Shown piece by piece: positions 11,711 through 23,207 of a stretch of DNA of 64,000 bases; the first letter of the stretch is position 1, and each line of letters begins with the position of its first letter. The position numbers and the translations under genes are program-made. The stretch comes from Oopsacas minuta (Eukaryota; Animalia; Porifera), in the NCBI GenBank assembly GCA_024704765.1, contig JAKMXF010000301.1:451143-515142 (forward strand), read 5' to 3'. The notes below the pieces were generated by a model that was given only the letters and a program-made list of their open reading frames with translations, ran no database searches and was not told the origin of the DNA.

Positions 11711-13344
11711 GATCATCTTCCACTTTTAATCTATTCCTAGTGCTACTTTTTAGCTGTAGAAGAGTGAGAAAATTTGATTCATAGAGGTAAGTTGTGACAA
11801 ATGGCAGAAGTTTTCGCAACACAATTCTTGTCAATGTGGGATATGAATCTTTCATTAAGCTCCAAAAAGTACTCAATTCCTCTCTTTCAAAGACTTCCTT
11901 TGCAGATCCATCATTGATAAGTTCTATTAATTCATCCTGAGCCCGATCATCCTTATCAGGTATTGTTTGAGGAGATACAATGAATGGATTTCTGAGTAAA
12001 GTAAATTCGATGTCACCACATTCAGGAAAATAATGGGAAAATCAGATTCCATAGCTGCAAGGTGTCTAATGATAATACCTTTGATGTCCTCGTCTAGCCT
12101 GATATCTTTCTTCTCGAAAAGTTCAGATAACCCTTCGAACATACAAATGTTTCTATTTTCAATTTCTCTTTTCCAATTCTTAAGTTTCATTTGGAAAGCA
12201 TTTAGTTCTCCATTCAAATCAAAAATATCGACAAGGTAAGCAAGATGCACTTCGCTCCTCTCATCTGAGATTATTGCCAAAAATTTATGTTTTGCGTTTT
12301 GGTCAAGGAATACCTTTATCTCCGAAAGCAATATTTGGAATCGTTTAAGAATATTTCCCAATGAAAGCCAACGTACTTGAGTGTAAAAGAGTAGTGTTTT
12401 GGTGACTAGCGGTCATGTCCTCGCATAGTTCTCTGAATAGCCGTGTGTTAAGTGCACTGGATTTGATAAAGTTAACTATCTTTATTATTGTAGACATCAT
12501 TTCTAAGAGCTGTGGCGGCATAGTTTTACAAGCTAGCGCTTGTCTATGGATCACGCAGTGTACTCCTGTGACTTGTGGTGATATATTTTTAACAAGCTTT
12601 CGAAAGCCTGAACGCGAACCAAGCATAGCTGGTGCTCCATCACTACAAACGCCACACAAATCCTTTCCCTCGAGTTTATTATCTTGGAAAAAACTGTCAA
12701 TCAATTCAAAGACATCCTGTGTTCTGGTTGTGGTTTCAAGTTCACGACAGGACAAAAACTCGTACTTAAATTTATTATTGTGAATATAACGGCAGTATAC
12801 CATTAATTGTGAGCATGATGAAACATCTGTAGACTCATCAAGTTGCAGTGTAAACAACTTAATAGGAGAAACGAGTAATTGTTTCACAATCTGTTTCAGG
12901 ATATTATCCGACATATCAAAAAGAGGGATGCATGATAACTTTTGGCGAATTCATTTGTAAAAATAAGTTGAACCATGTCCTTTGCACAAGGAAGTATGAG
13001 GTCCTCTCCAATTGTGTGAGGTTTGTACTTTCTTGCTATTCTTAAAGATACAAGGTATGAAGCTTCAATACAGGTGAACGACTGTTGTTGATAAGTGCCT
13101 GTTGTATCAAGTCTTGATCGCTTACAATTTCCATCCTTTTGAAAAATGAAGGGTCTTTAGATGAATGTTCACGATGACGAGTTTCGAGATGTCTTTGTAA
13201 TTTACTCAGTTTCATTGAGTCGGCTGAGAGAGTCTCATTACATACGACACATTGGGGGTTTAGAATTCCCGAATTTTGAATACAGGCAAATCCATAGTTA
13301 ATATAATCTTCTGCGTACTTCCGCTTTTGTGGAGCCGTTGTCAT
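11711..13344 (-). pseudogene. Buster-type (ZBED8/FAM200-like) hAT transposase, frameshifted
   Basis: BED finger (PQCVVC...LQRHLETRH), LQLDESTDVS, CSDGAPAMLG, HCVIHRQALA, and hATC dimerisation region (FWSLMKDSYP...LLPFVTTYL...RNRLKVEDD) spread over several frames. Confidence 0.92.
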
Positions 13345-14351
13345 GATAGTTGATTTTGATTTTAGAAAATTTCTATTACATAATTATTGCGTAAATGTAC
13401 TTAAATAACATTAACTTACTAATGATACTGTAATAAATATATACTATGCATATTGTTCAGTATAGTTGTTATAATTACATCATAAGTAAGTTTACACCAT
13501 TCAAAATAATGTTTTGAAGTAACACCATAATACTATATGTTTTCAGACACTAAAGTAACCATAAACAGCTTGGTCAAACGAAACAAAGATAATTGACAAC
13601 TTGCTAAATTAAATCCCTCAACTGTTTATGAATTCGAGCTGACGCAATGTCCCACGACCCCCTCGAAATTGTTCAGCGAGCCTCTGTTTGGGAAACACTG
13701 ATCTACGGAGAAAATGTGTATGGAGGAAGGATAGTAGGATATCGTACAAAAGAAATCCAAATGAATTGAAAATATATATTTCTTGCATATAAATATTAAT
13801 CACGCGATAGAAAAAATTCAATTTTAGAAAATACAAGAAAACTTCGCTTTCTTGCGCTGCGGTGCTGGTGAACACTTTGTGTACGCGAGTTGCATCCTTC
13901 GGGTGCTCTTGTATTCTTTTTGAAATAGGGAGCAGGATAAAAGTAACGTGCCGCAAATTCCATAAATTTTCATACCTACTACCTGCATCGCACTTTTCAA
14001 CCGTTTGGTAATACAAAAGAATGAGCTGTCAGAATTCGCATACTACCCCTCCCTTTGTAACGTTACGTAACGCTTGAACAGCTCTGATTATAAATAGTAT
14101 AAATATAGAGTATACCAGTATATATAAACCATTATAACAACTTAATTTAGAGGTTCTAGGTCACTCATCCTACTATATAAAGTTGAGGAGACGTTTGTGA
14201 AACAGGTCAATATTTACCTGGTTGTCACGTTTTCCTTGGCCATTTTTCGCTAATTTTAGTGTTCTACTAGTTAAAACAATTTGAAAATTGCTTAGATATG
14301 TACCCCAATAAATTATTATATAATGGTTGCGTTTGTCATGTATTTATACAC

Positions 14352-14774
14352 TAGAGCTGGGCTCTAGTAAAGCTCAGATCTGTTAGAGCACAATTTTCCC
14401 ATATTATTGGTAAGACAATAAAATCACGGAAAATATCATGAACCAACTAAAATTATTCAATTTAATGTAATCTACAGTCAAAATAGTAAAAGCAGGGGTG
14501 GGACCCGAACAGAGGGCAGCAGGTTATAAAACAATGATCTTAACAACTACGCAATAAAATACACTGATAAATAACCACTAAATACAATATGTTAAGAGCA
14601 CAGGTCCACATTATATAGCAGAAAACACATAACCACAATTAAGAAGCATAATCAATTGATCGAAACAAATTTCCATTAATATGAAACCAACAAAATACAA
14701 GACTTCATATTATGTATTGCATTATACTCACAACAAATATGGACGAAATTATATTCTAGTAGAGCTCAGCTCTA
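14352..14774. mobile_element. Probable hAT-type MITE (TAGAGCTG termini)
   Basis: Inverted termini TAGAGCTGGGCTCTAGTA / TAGAGCTGAGCTCTACTA. No clean TSD. Confidence 0.5.
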
Positions 14775-15470
14775 TATAAATTAATTCTTATACTCAATGA
14801 AAAAACAGTAGTTAAATATAAATAGTAAATTAATAGACAACAAAACATAGGTAAAGATTCATACCTTTGGCATATTTAAAAATTACAAAAATATACTTAG
14901 TATGTACGTACATACCTTCCATAATATTGTCGTGGTTACTTTGGCTAATTATCGCGTAATTTATAATTAACAAACCATGGCTACAAGTCTGACAAAGTGT
15001 AATTTGAAAATTCTACGCAATATGGACTATAGAAATCTATTGTATCCTAATTGAACTGAGTTAAAGCCTAGCATATCATAGGGCCAATTGATAAACACTC
15101 GAGTCTGATGGGTCAATACATTTTGAAATCTATCTCAGAGAGTTCTTAGGATATCGCTTAGATCTTAGGACATTTCCTAGAATAATGACATTTCATACAC
15201 ATGCCAAATTTTAATTTTGTAGTTCTTGTCCGTTCCTTAATCAATTTCCGAACAAAATCCATCGAGAAATATTTAATGGAGAAGATAAATCACATAATAC
15301 AGAGAATAGCAAATAGGTAGATTAGACCCTCGATTATCCGACATCTCGGTTATCCGAACATTAGGGAGAGCATTTAGTATCTGAAAATTGTTCAAATTTC
15401 ATCTTAAAGAAATGTTTTAGTCTACTTTTCACTAACAAGGCTAAACGGAAACAAAAATGTGTTTGGTTGC

Positions 15471-15977
15471 CAGACATGGGGTTAAATACATATGTATTTG
15501 TATTTGAGAGTATTGAAATACATTTTTCAAGTATTTGTATTCAAATACTTTATAAATACAATCAAATATGTATAATACACCCATAATAAGTTCCAAGCAT
15601 TCTTATATGAGGTAGATGAAATTAGGCAACAATATACATAGTAGAATATTATGCAGCTACATGGTAGTTATTAGGTTATAGTATAGTATTGGGTTTATTC
15701 ATAGTTAGATTAAATAATACAAAAGTGAATTGTATATACTGCATCATTTGTCTATTAATTAGAGACGGGTACGGGGGATGGGAATTTTGTTAATATAATA
15801 ACCATGGTCCAGGCAGAACACATCAGAATTTACATCGATTTTGGCGAATTGTATTTGTATTTGTTCTTGAATACATTCCAAAGTATTTGTATTTGTGTTT
15901 GTATGTAAATACATTGTCATTTAAGAGTATTTGTATTTGTAGTTAAATACTTTTCAAGGTATTTTACCCCATTTCTG
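15471..15977. mobile_element. Non-autonomous hAT-type MITE with GTATTT/AAATAC subterminal repeats
   Basis: TIRs CAGACATGGGGTTAAATAC / CAGAAATGGGGTAAAATAC. Perfect 8-bp TSD TTGGTTGC at 15463-15470 and 15978-15985. Confidence 0.9.
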
Positions 15978-16846
15978 TTGGTTGCCAATTTTGAATTCAT
16001 TAAATTCATTTTTATTCACAACACTAAAATATTCCTGCATTATGTCCATCAGCTGTAAGGGTTAGAATGAATGCATTGATACTTGAACTGAGCTCGTGGA
16101 ATCGCTGAACAATTTCAAATCCTCTGAATCACTCGGAGGTTAAAATAGTTACCAAAAGTTTTAAGACTAAGGAAATCTGACTCTACTTCCTCCTACTCTT
16201 CCTTGGCTCAGTCAGATCGTCCAAAATTGGCTCAAGAAAATAGAGCACTATGAATAATTACTTAAGAAGCGTGAACTACAGGCAGCCTAACAACAATTGG
16301 ATGGAGAAAAGTGGACGTGGTAAATCCTTATCCTAAAGATTATCTATCTTGTCCATAATATTCTGAAACAGATCCAGTTTTCTTGAAGTAATTCATTATA
16401 TAGTGATTGGTTCAAGTGCAATCATCACTCCGAGATTCGATACAAGCGAATCTTAAACAACGAAATTTAGCAAAGAGTTATTATCTAAACGTAAACTAGA
16501 ACTTAGTTTTGCTGTGAAAAGTAAAGCCTAACCGGGAACAGACGAAACTTTAAAATCATTCACTTTATTGTGTTAAAATATTTTTTACGCCCAAAAAGCA
16601 ATTATGTATGAATAAATATTTCTCTCACAGCCTACATAACTATAGCCTATTCACGCTCTCAATTTTTCATAACCATGGATTACTTCAAGTCTATCTTATT
16701 ATTGACCCATAATGTTCAAATACAATTTTATTAATATAATTTTGATACAGATTATATGGAGGATAATTATTATTCACTTGTTTATATTGATAACACACAA
16801 TTATAAGCCAAGACACAACCTAAGTTGTCTGTATCAATGGGGTGCC

Positions 16847-17010
16847 TGCATTAGGTCGAATTACGGTGTTGGCATTAGGTCGAATTCCGTGTGTTGGCAT
16901 TAGGTCGAAATTTATATGTATGCATTAGGTCGAATTTCGTGTGTTGGCATTAGGTCGAAATTTATATGTATGCATTAGGTCGAATTTCGTGTGTTGGCAT
17001 TAGGTCGAAT
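16847..17010 (+). repeat. Left subterminal array of GCATTAGGTCGAA units with alternating spacers
   Basis: Seven units of about 24-25 bp. Spacers alternate between ...CGTGTGTTG and ATTTATATGTAT. Confidence 0.95.
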
Positions 17011-17121
17011 TCTAGTTGCATGTAGTAGGTTTCGTTCAAATGTTTACTTTGTTACTAATAATAACAATTTTGGTGTTTAATCCATACTAACAGTTCCTAT
17101 TGTTCATTTAATATAAATTGG

Positions 17122-18759
17122 ATGATGATTATAATATGTACATTATTGTGTACGTGCATCATGGAATATTCATTCGACCAATACAAACGTAATACTGGAA
17201 AAGTTTACACCTCCTCTGATGGCTACAAATACTTCTGTCATAAATCTATAGAAAATATTCTCTACTTAAGATGTGTACTATTCAGGAAAGGCTGTAAAGG
17301 AAGTGCGAAATTGGAAAAGGCTACGAATTTGATTTATCCTAAGTCAGAACATAATCATGGGTTACAAGACTATCGTGCTGAAGTATATGCAATTAAAACA
17401 AAGTGCAAAACAACATCTCAAACCTCGCAACACAATCTGAGACACATATTCAACGATGTTACGAGATCAAATCCCTCTGCTTCTCAAGTCACATTTAAAG
17501 AATGTGAATCGTCAATGTTTCGGGCAAGGAAAATATTACAACCTATGATCCCACAGTCTGCTAGTAAATTTAGTGAAGTTCTACCCACAACAACCTTTGC
17601 AGTAAATCATAAGGCTACTGTCATTGTAGATGGTCGGATAGCTGTCATTTTCTTTTCTGACAAATTATACGATCTACTCGCAGATATTACCAATATCCAA
17701 TTTGACCGGACATTCTACACCGTACCTAAACAATTTTACCAATTGTGGACTCTTTTTCTTACAGTTGGGAGACATGCAATTCCAGCCATTCACTGCTTGC
17801 TGACTAATAAAGATGATGAGCTATACGTGGCAGTTATACAGAAGATACGAGAACTTGTTCCTCAGCTAGAACCGGATTGCGCAATGTCAGATTGGGAACA
17901 AGCAGCTCGGAATGCTGTCAAGCGAGTTTATCCAGGAATTAGGATGAACGGGTGCTGGTTCCATTATACGCAAGCTATTTGGAGAAAAACTCAAAAGTAT
18001 GGTTTGGCTTCGACTTGCCGAGGAAATTCGGAATGTGCATCATTCGTTAAGAAGATTATGGCAATTCCGTTTCTTCCAGCTGAATTGATTCTTCCAATAT
18101 ACAACCTTCTTCAAATTCCAACGTTGCAACAAAGTCAAATGAAGAAACTTGAAGTATTTTTGAATTATTTTGAGAAGCAGTGGCTAACTAAAATTGGTCC
18201 TGAAGAACTGTCAATCTTTAACCTTAAATATGTAACAAACAATGCAGCAGAAAGTTATCATGGAAAATTAAAGTCCATCATAAAATCAAGCCATCCAAGA
18301 ATTTGGAATTTCTTGACTGTCATTAACAATATAATTGCTGACTATGATAATGAAATGGCCGGGATACAGGAAGGAAGAGAGATAACGAGACCAAGCAAAA
18401 AGAAGAACGTAATGAATAATGAACATCGAAAGCGCTGCAAAGAAAAACTGTTAAGTGGGAGTTACTCTCCCATACAATTTCTCGAAAGAATTAGTTGCTA
18501 TATAGGCAATGCTACTTCATTAGAAGACACAATTAATTCAGATGATTCTGATATGTTAGAGGAGCCTGAATCTTTTGGTAGTATTGAAACAAATAAATGC
18601 GTAGTTTGCCTACAAACAAGGAGCAGCACATGGGTATTCATGCCTTGCAGGCATGCAAATTGTTGCACACAGTGTAGCGACACAATTGATCAACTTCAAC
18701 AGACTTGTCCAACGTGCAGAGGCATAATTGAAGGCAAATTTCAAATTTTTCTTAATTAA
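17122..18759 (+). CDS. FLYWCH-MULE transposase fused to a C-terminal C3HC4 RING finger (IAP/MDM2-like); start may be 17161
   Basis: Uninterrupted 545-aa ORF: DGYKY...LRC...CKGSA...HNH (FLYWCH), QFDRTF, MSDWE, GCWFHYTQA, TNNAAESYH (MULE DDE), then CVVC...PCRH..CCTQC...CPTC...KFQIFLN*. Confidence 0.92.
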   Translation: MMIIICTLLCTCIMEYSFDQYKRNTGKVYTSSDGYKYFCHKSIENILYLRCVLFRKGCKGSAKLEKATNLIYPKSEHNHGLQDYRAEVYAIKTKCKTTSQTSQHNLRHIFNDVTRSNPSASQVTFKECESSMFRARKILQPMIPQSASKFSEVLPTTTFAVNHKATVIVDGRIAVIFFSDKLYDLLADITNIQFDRTFYTVPKQFYQLWTLFLTVGRHAIPAIHCLLTNKDDELYVAVIQKIRELVPQLEPDCAMSDWEQAARNAVKRVYPGIRMNGCWFHYTQAIWRKTQKYGLASTCRGNSECASFVKKIMAIPFLPAELILPIYNLLQIPTLQQSQMKKLEVFLNYFEKQWLTKIGPEELSIFNLKYVTNNAAESYHGKLKSIIKSSHPRIWNFLTVINNIIADYDNEMAGIQEGREITRPSKKKNVMNNEHRKRCKEKLLSGSYSPIQFLERISCYIGNATSLEDTINSDDSDMLEEPESFGSIETNKCVVCLQTRSSTWVFMPCRHANCCTQCSDTIDQLQQTCPTCRGIIEGKFQIFLN

Positions 18760-18884
18760 CATCTCTTATACATTTCACAATGAATACCTGGTTAAGTAGT
18801 ATTTTACACATTTCATATTTCACATTAAATTTCAATTCTCACATTTATTTAGAAATTAATCAATTAATGAATAAGACAATTGGA

Positions 18885-19090
18885 ATTCGATTTAATGTAA
18901 ACAATGAAATTCGACCTAATGCATACATATAAAATTCGACCTAATGCCAACACACGAAATTCGACCTAATGCATACATATAAATTTCGACCTAATGCATA
19001 CATATTAAATTCGATACATTTTCAATTCGACCTAATGCCAACACACGGAATTCGACCTAATGCCAACACCGAAATTCGACTTAATGCAGC
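18885..19090 (-). repeat. Right subterminal array (TTCGACCTAATGC units), inverted relative to the left array
   Basis: Repeated AATTCGACCTAATGC units with the same two spacer types. Confidence 0.93.
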
Positions 19091-19184
19091 GCCCCCGTAT
19101 CAATCACCAACTAGCTGTACATCCTCTGACCTAGTTTCAATAGTTCAATTATTATTTACCGATATTTCCTTACTCCTTAGCAAT

Positions 19185-22100
19185 ATGCCTAATAGGTGTA
19201 GTGTGGCCAAAAGCTCTTGCAATTATGACGGAACTAATTATACTCCAGTGTTTGAAATGGCGAATCATTGGCCAAAAGAATTACAGGATGAATGGTAAAG
19301 ATTCCTCCATAGAGGTAATGCATGGAAATTGGCAAAAGTCTTCATTTGTTCGAAACATTTCAATGACGATAACGTGTTAATTCACTTCGATATTCCTATG
19401 GGTGATGGTATAATGGAGAAAGTTTCAAGAAAGCCTGATCTTAAGAAAAATGTCAAGCCCGTCAATCTACCCACCTGCCATTCGTATATACAAGGATCTT
19501 GCAAACAACCTGATCGTTTGGACCGAAATGAAATTGATATCCGACATTTTAGTTATGCTCTTGAGTTGAGTCGTGCTGAACATAAAAAGAAAACGATAGC
19601 TTTCTGTTTCTAATATTGATGAAATCCAGTTAAAGTATACAACAATTAACTTAACTGAAAAATCGACTTTTAATCCCTCAAGCCAGGGTACATTGCATAT
19701 TTTCAAGAATGAACTCTCTGGATCACTATTGACTATATCTCATCAGATCTGTATTGATGATGCTTTACATGTAGTGTTTTGTAAATGAAGTTGAAGTTCC
19801 ATCCATAATCACTCGCCTCTATGATATTCATCAAATTTATCAGTTAACTAAAGCTTAACACACATGAACAAGATAAAGTTGAAATTGGTATCAATACTGC
19901 TATTCATTCGGTTAGATCTATCATAGAAAAATTTAGAACTTGTGAAGAAGATTCCCAGAGCATTAAAATTTTCAATTGTCTTCATTATATTTTGTGTCAA
20001 CTTGAAAATTTGAAGGTTTCGAAGAACAACCACCGTATTAACATTTGTCCTACTTCTCAAGGCTCAATTAATCTCTTCATGTTGCTAGTTATCTGCAATC
20101 ATTAGACTGTATCTCTCTGCCTCATCAATCCACTCTCAAACGTCTCTATTCAAATATAGGTTTAGGCACAAGTTTTACAGATTATCTGAAGGTAGTATGC
20201 CAGGACTTCAACAAATTTAAGAAACATGAAATTCTACAGTTGGACGAAATTCACGTAGGTCAGATTACACTTATAAACGGGGTAACATCTACGGTGCTTC
20301 TTTTCTACAAACTGATTCAAAACATCGAGAGAACAATTCTTTTGTATCTGATCCTGCTAAGACGGTTCTAGCATATCAAGTTTCAAGCCTTTTCACAAAG
20401 TGGCCTGAAATGGTGAAACTTCTACCTTGTTGTAATGCAAAATCTTCTGACTTACTTCTAGTAGTGAAGCAAGTTATTATTGACATCGAGAAGTGTGATC
20501 TTAAGGAAGTAGTAATTTGTGCATATGAGTATCGACAAAACATGAGTTTATTAAAGTCTCTAGCTGGTAGTACAAGTTTACAGCTAACTTGCCCTAACCC
20601 ATCAGATCCTACAAGATCCATTTTCTTTATGTTTGGCCCGGTTCACATAGTGGAGCGTATCCGAAATAACTGGATAAATCAGAAGGATATTATATAACAT
20701 TTATCTTTCCATCAATCGAGCAATACTTTAGTGAAATATTTCCTTATTGCCTTTCAACGCTTGATTCAAAGATCTCAGATATATATACAAGTCCGAGCAG
20801 TACTCCACTGCTAAGATTGCTCATAAATTATCATCAAAGTTGTATGCCATCAGTTCTTGAAAGGCAAAGTGTCCCTTTAGCTCTTGCAGTTTGGGATCAG
20901 TTAACAACAATGCTGTGTTGATGTATAATGAAAAGAATAAGATACAACCAAACATATCAATTTATTTATCTCATTACCAGATTTAGGAAGATGTGTAACA
21001 TTCATAGTCCAGGGAAAGATATTCGACTACGCGACCCCTGATTCAAAGTTGTTCCAGCTTGTAGATGATAGTTTTGTGTTCGATTCAAAGTTTGTATCTT
21101 GGCTTCAGGATTAGAAGAGCTATAGTTATAGTCTTAGAGCTGGAAAAACTTAGTTCACAAACATTTACGAGCTAAATTCACACTTGTTATGCTAAGAATC
21201 ATCGACTATTTAACAAGCAGTGATTGTGGATTTTCTTAGGTTGACAGGATTTCTACAAAACGCTTCTCTTGAAAAACACTTTGGGGTTTACAGATTAATG
21301 TCTGGCTGTAATTACGACATTTTGGTCTGCCAAATACTTGAGAGCGAATGTAGAATTAAAGTATCTAACATCATAAAGTTATGCAGAGCTCAAGCAGCAA
21401 ATTTGAGACTTCAGTGAAGGAATTTGTTAAGAGTTTCTCATGTAACAATGAACCTGATAATACTGAAATACTCCAAACAGACCTGAGCACAGAGTCTTTC
21501 TTCTCCATCAGAACTTTGATTTTCACTGATGACAGAAGTTCGCCAGTCCTTAGCTTTCATTGCTGGATATGCGATACAAGTTATTTGCAAATCAAAATTG
21601 TATTCAAAGAAACTTATTTCCAATCCCACCACTCCCACCACTCCCACCACTTCATTATGTAATAGTTGTGTATCTTGGCTCGCATACAATGAATCATTTG
21701 CCCTGGAGAGTGAAGATTCTGACTTGAATCTGATATACTTAGCTGACCGAGAAGGCATTAAACATCCTTCAGATGAAGTTGTCAATGATAACTATGCGGA
21801 ATATCCTATATAGAATCGAACAGGACAATCGACTGATGAGACACTTTCTTGCTGGTACCAATAAAACTATTCTTATTCAACTCACAATTTCGAGGATAGA
21901 ATTTGGCAATTTTGATTTCTGGAGATTTGAGTGCCAAAGTTGTCAAACACCATTCCATTGATATCTCAGCAAAATACTACAGCAATTATTTATTGAAGAA
22001 TAAAGTTTGCAATCTAAACTCGAAAAGGAACTTGGAAAATTCCGCAGGGAATTAAAGAGGAAACTACCAAAATTACAGTCAGAATAGTGCTTGTATTTTC
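19185..22100 (+). pseudogene. Degraded THAP-domain P-element (THAP9-like) transposase
   Basis: MPNRCSVA...W...FICSKHF (THAP), ILQLDEIHV (about 20230), MFGPVHIVERIRNNW, LEKHFGVYRLMSGCNYDILVCQILESE. Many stops and frameshifts. Confidence 0.85.
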
Positions 22101-22492
22101 TAGTGCATATGTATATTGTGTTCATAATTTTCATACACAGTTTGTTTATAGTGATAAATAATCATCACCACTATTCACTTCTATTGTATAAATTCATTGT
22201 GGACTATAATTAATATCATTTCATCCTGTATCGCTATTGTTGATATTTTGGATTTAAGACTTGAAGTAATCTATGGTTCAATACCGTGAATAAGCTATAG
22301 TTAGGTAGGCTGTGTATTTTTCTATATCGAATTTTAGAATGTTTCCCTCTAAGATTATGATGAAATGAATCTTTCCTTGGTTTCACAATATTGGCTAAAA
22401 TATTGGATTCTAGTGTTTGATTCCGTTGCCCAGTGATGACAGGCAAATGGTGTACTGATCAACCTGCTCGTCAATATCTGTATAGCGGTATA

Positions 22493-22673
22493 CAGTGGAG
22501 TCTCCCAAAACGGACACTCAAGCGGACAACACCTCTACAACGAACAAGCTGTTGAGACGAAATAAGTTAATAATAAAGCTAAATAATACTTAAGCAATAT
22601 CTGAGAAGCTGACATCTCACCAACGAAGGACATAATCTAATCCTATTATGTCCGTTTTAGGGAGACTCCGCTG
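22493..22673. mobile_element. pogo/Tigger-type MITE
   Basis: TA|CAGTGGAGTCTCCC...GGGAGACTCCGCTG|TA. Same terminal family as the 35806-39036 element. Confidence 0.88.
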
Positions 22674-23040
22674 TATATCATTTTGTTGTGCCAAAATATT
22701 TTAATAAAGAAGCGCAGAATAGAAATGGGTGCATTACTTTGTAGTACTGTGATAGTGACGACTACAAATTAGTTACCCAGTTATGAAATAGATTGCTGCG
22801 CTTAGACACCTCAAATTACAAGAGATTAAGAGCTCAAATCTACCTAAAATTGCTTAGAAGATCTCCTTTCATAGTTGGTTCGAAATTAGGATACAATTTG
22901 ACACCTATCAAACTTTTATGGCCTTTAGCAAATATTATAAACCATAATTACATACCATTCGAAATTGAACTTAATTATTCACCAATCAATTTTCAACAAT
23001 TCGATTTGATAATATTAGGGAATAAAATAAAAAATTGTTA

Positions 23041-23207
23041 CCTGTGCCGACAGCTTTGTCTATTAAATTCAATTGGTGTAAAAATTGGCACTATTAATTG
23101 GAGGCACTATGAAAGGTTAGGTTTAATCCCAATGCACAAGGTGCTTCCAATTAATAGAGCCACTTTTTAAACAAATTGAATTTAATAGACTAAGCTGTCG
23201 GCACAGG
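23041..23207. mobile_element. Hairpin MITE with TIRs of about 67 bp
   Basis: CCTGTGCCGACAGCTTTGTCTATTAAATTCAATT... matches the reverse complement of ...AATTGAATTTAATAGACTAAGCTGTCGGCACAGG. Confidence 0.85.

Larger units (their letters stand above)
8181..13700 (-). mobile_element. hAT transposon, Buster/Charlie group, interrupted by a Transib/RAG1-like element
   Basis: TIRs CAGTGGTTCCCAAAC (8181) and CAGTGTTTCCCAAAC (reverse complement, ending 13700). 8-bp TSD ATCTAGGG/ATCTACGG (7/8) fits the Buster NNNTANNN pattern. Confidence 0.93.
16839..19096 (+). mobile_element. Young MULE (Mutator-like) transposon with tandem subterminal repeats
   Basis: Ends GGGGTGCCTGCATTAGGTCGAA / GGGGGCGCTGCATTAAGTCGAA (reverse complement). 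TSD GTATCAAT on both sides (8 bp exact; 9 bp TGTATCAAT/CGTATCAAT if the right end is 19095). Confidence 0.92.
16626..22314 (+). mobile_element. THAP/P-superfamily-like transposon with a MULE inserted near its 5' end
   Basis: Imperfect TIR of about 60 bp: CACAGCCTAC(A/C)TAACTATAGC(C/T)TATTCACG...AACCAT(G/A)GATTACTTCAAGTCT at both ends. Flanks TATTTCTCT/TATTTTTCT (8/9). Confidence 0.8.

Noticed and set aside
12415-12783. Antisense ORFs over TE genes (e.g. 12415-12783, 28129-28485, 38503-38802, 51084-51347)
   Set aside because: They are shadow frames of transposase coding sequence.
13618-14016. 132-aa ORF crossing the Buster end
   Set aside because: It spans the TIR/TSD junction and has no domain signature, so it is a chance ORF.
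16847-17010. CRISPR-like repeat-spacer look of the GCATTAGGTCGAA array (also the Ginger TIR repeats at 49660-49900)
   Set aside because: The spacers are recurrent rather than unique, the arrays are mirrored at the other element end, there are no cas genes, and the context is eukaryotic. These are subterminal TE repeats.
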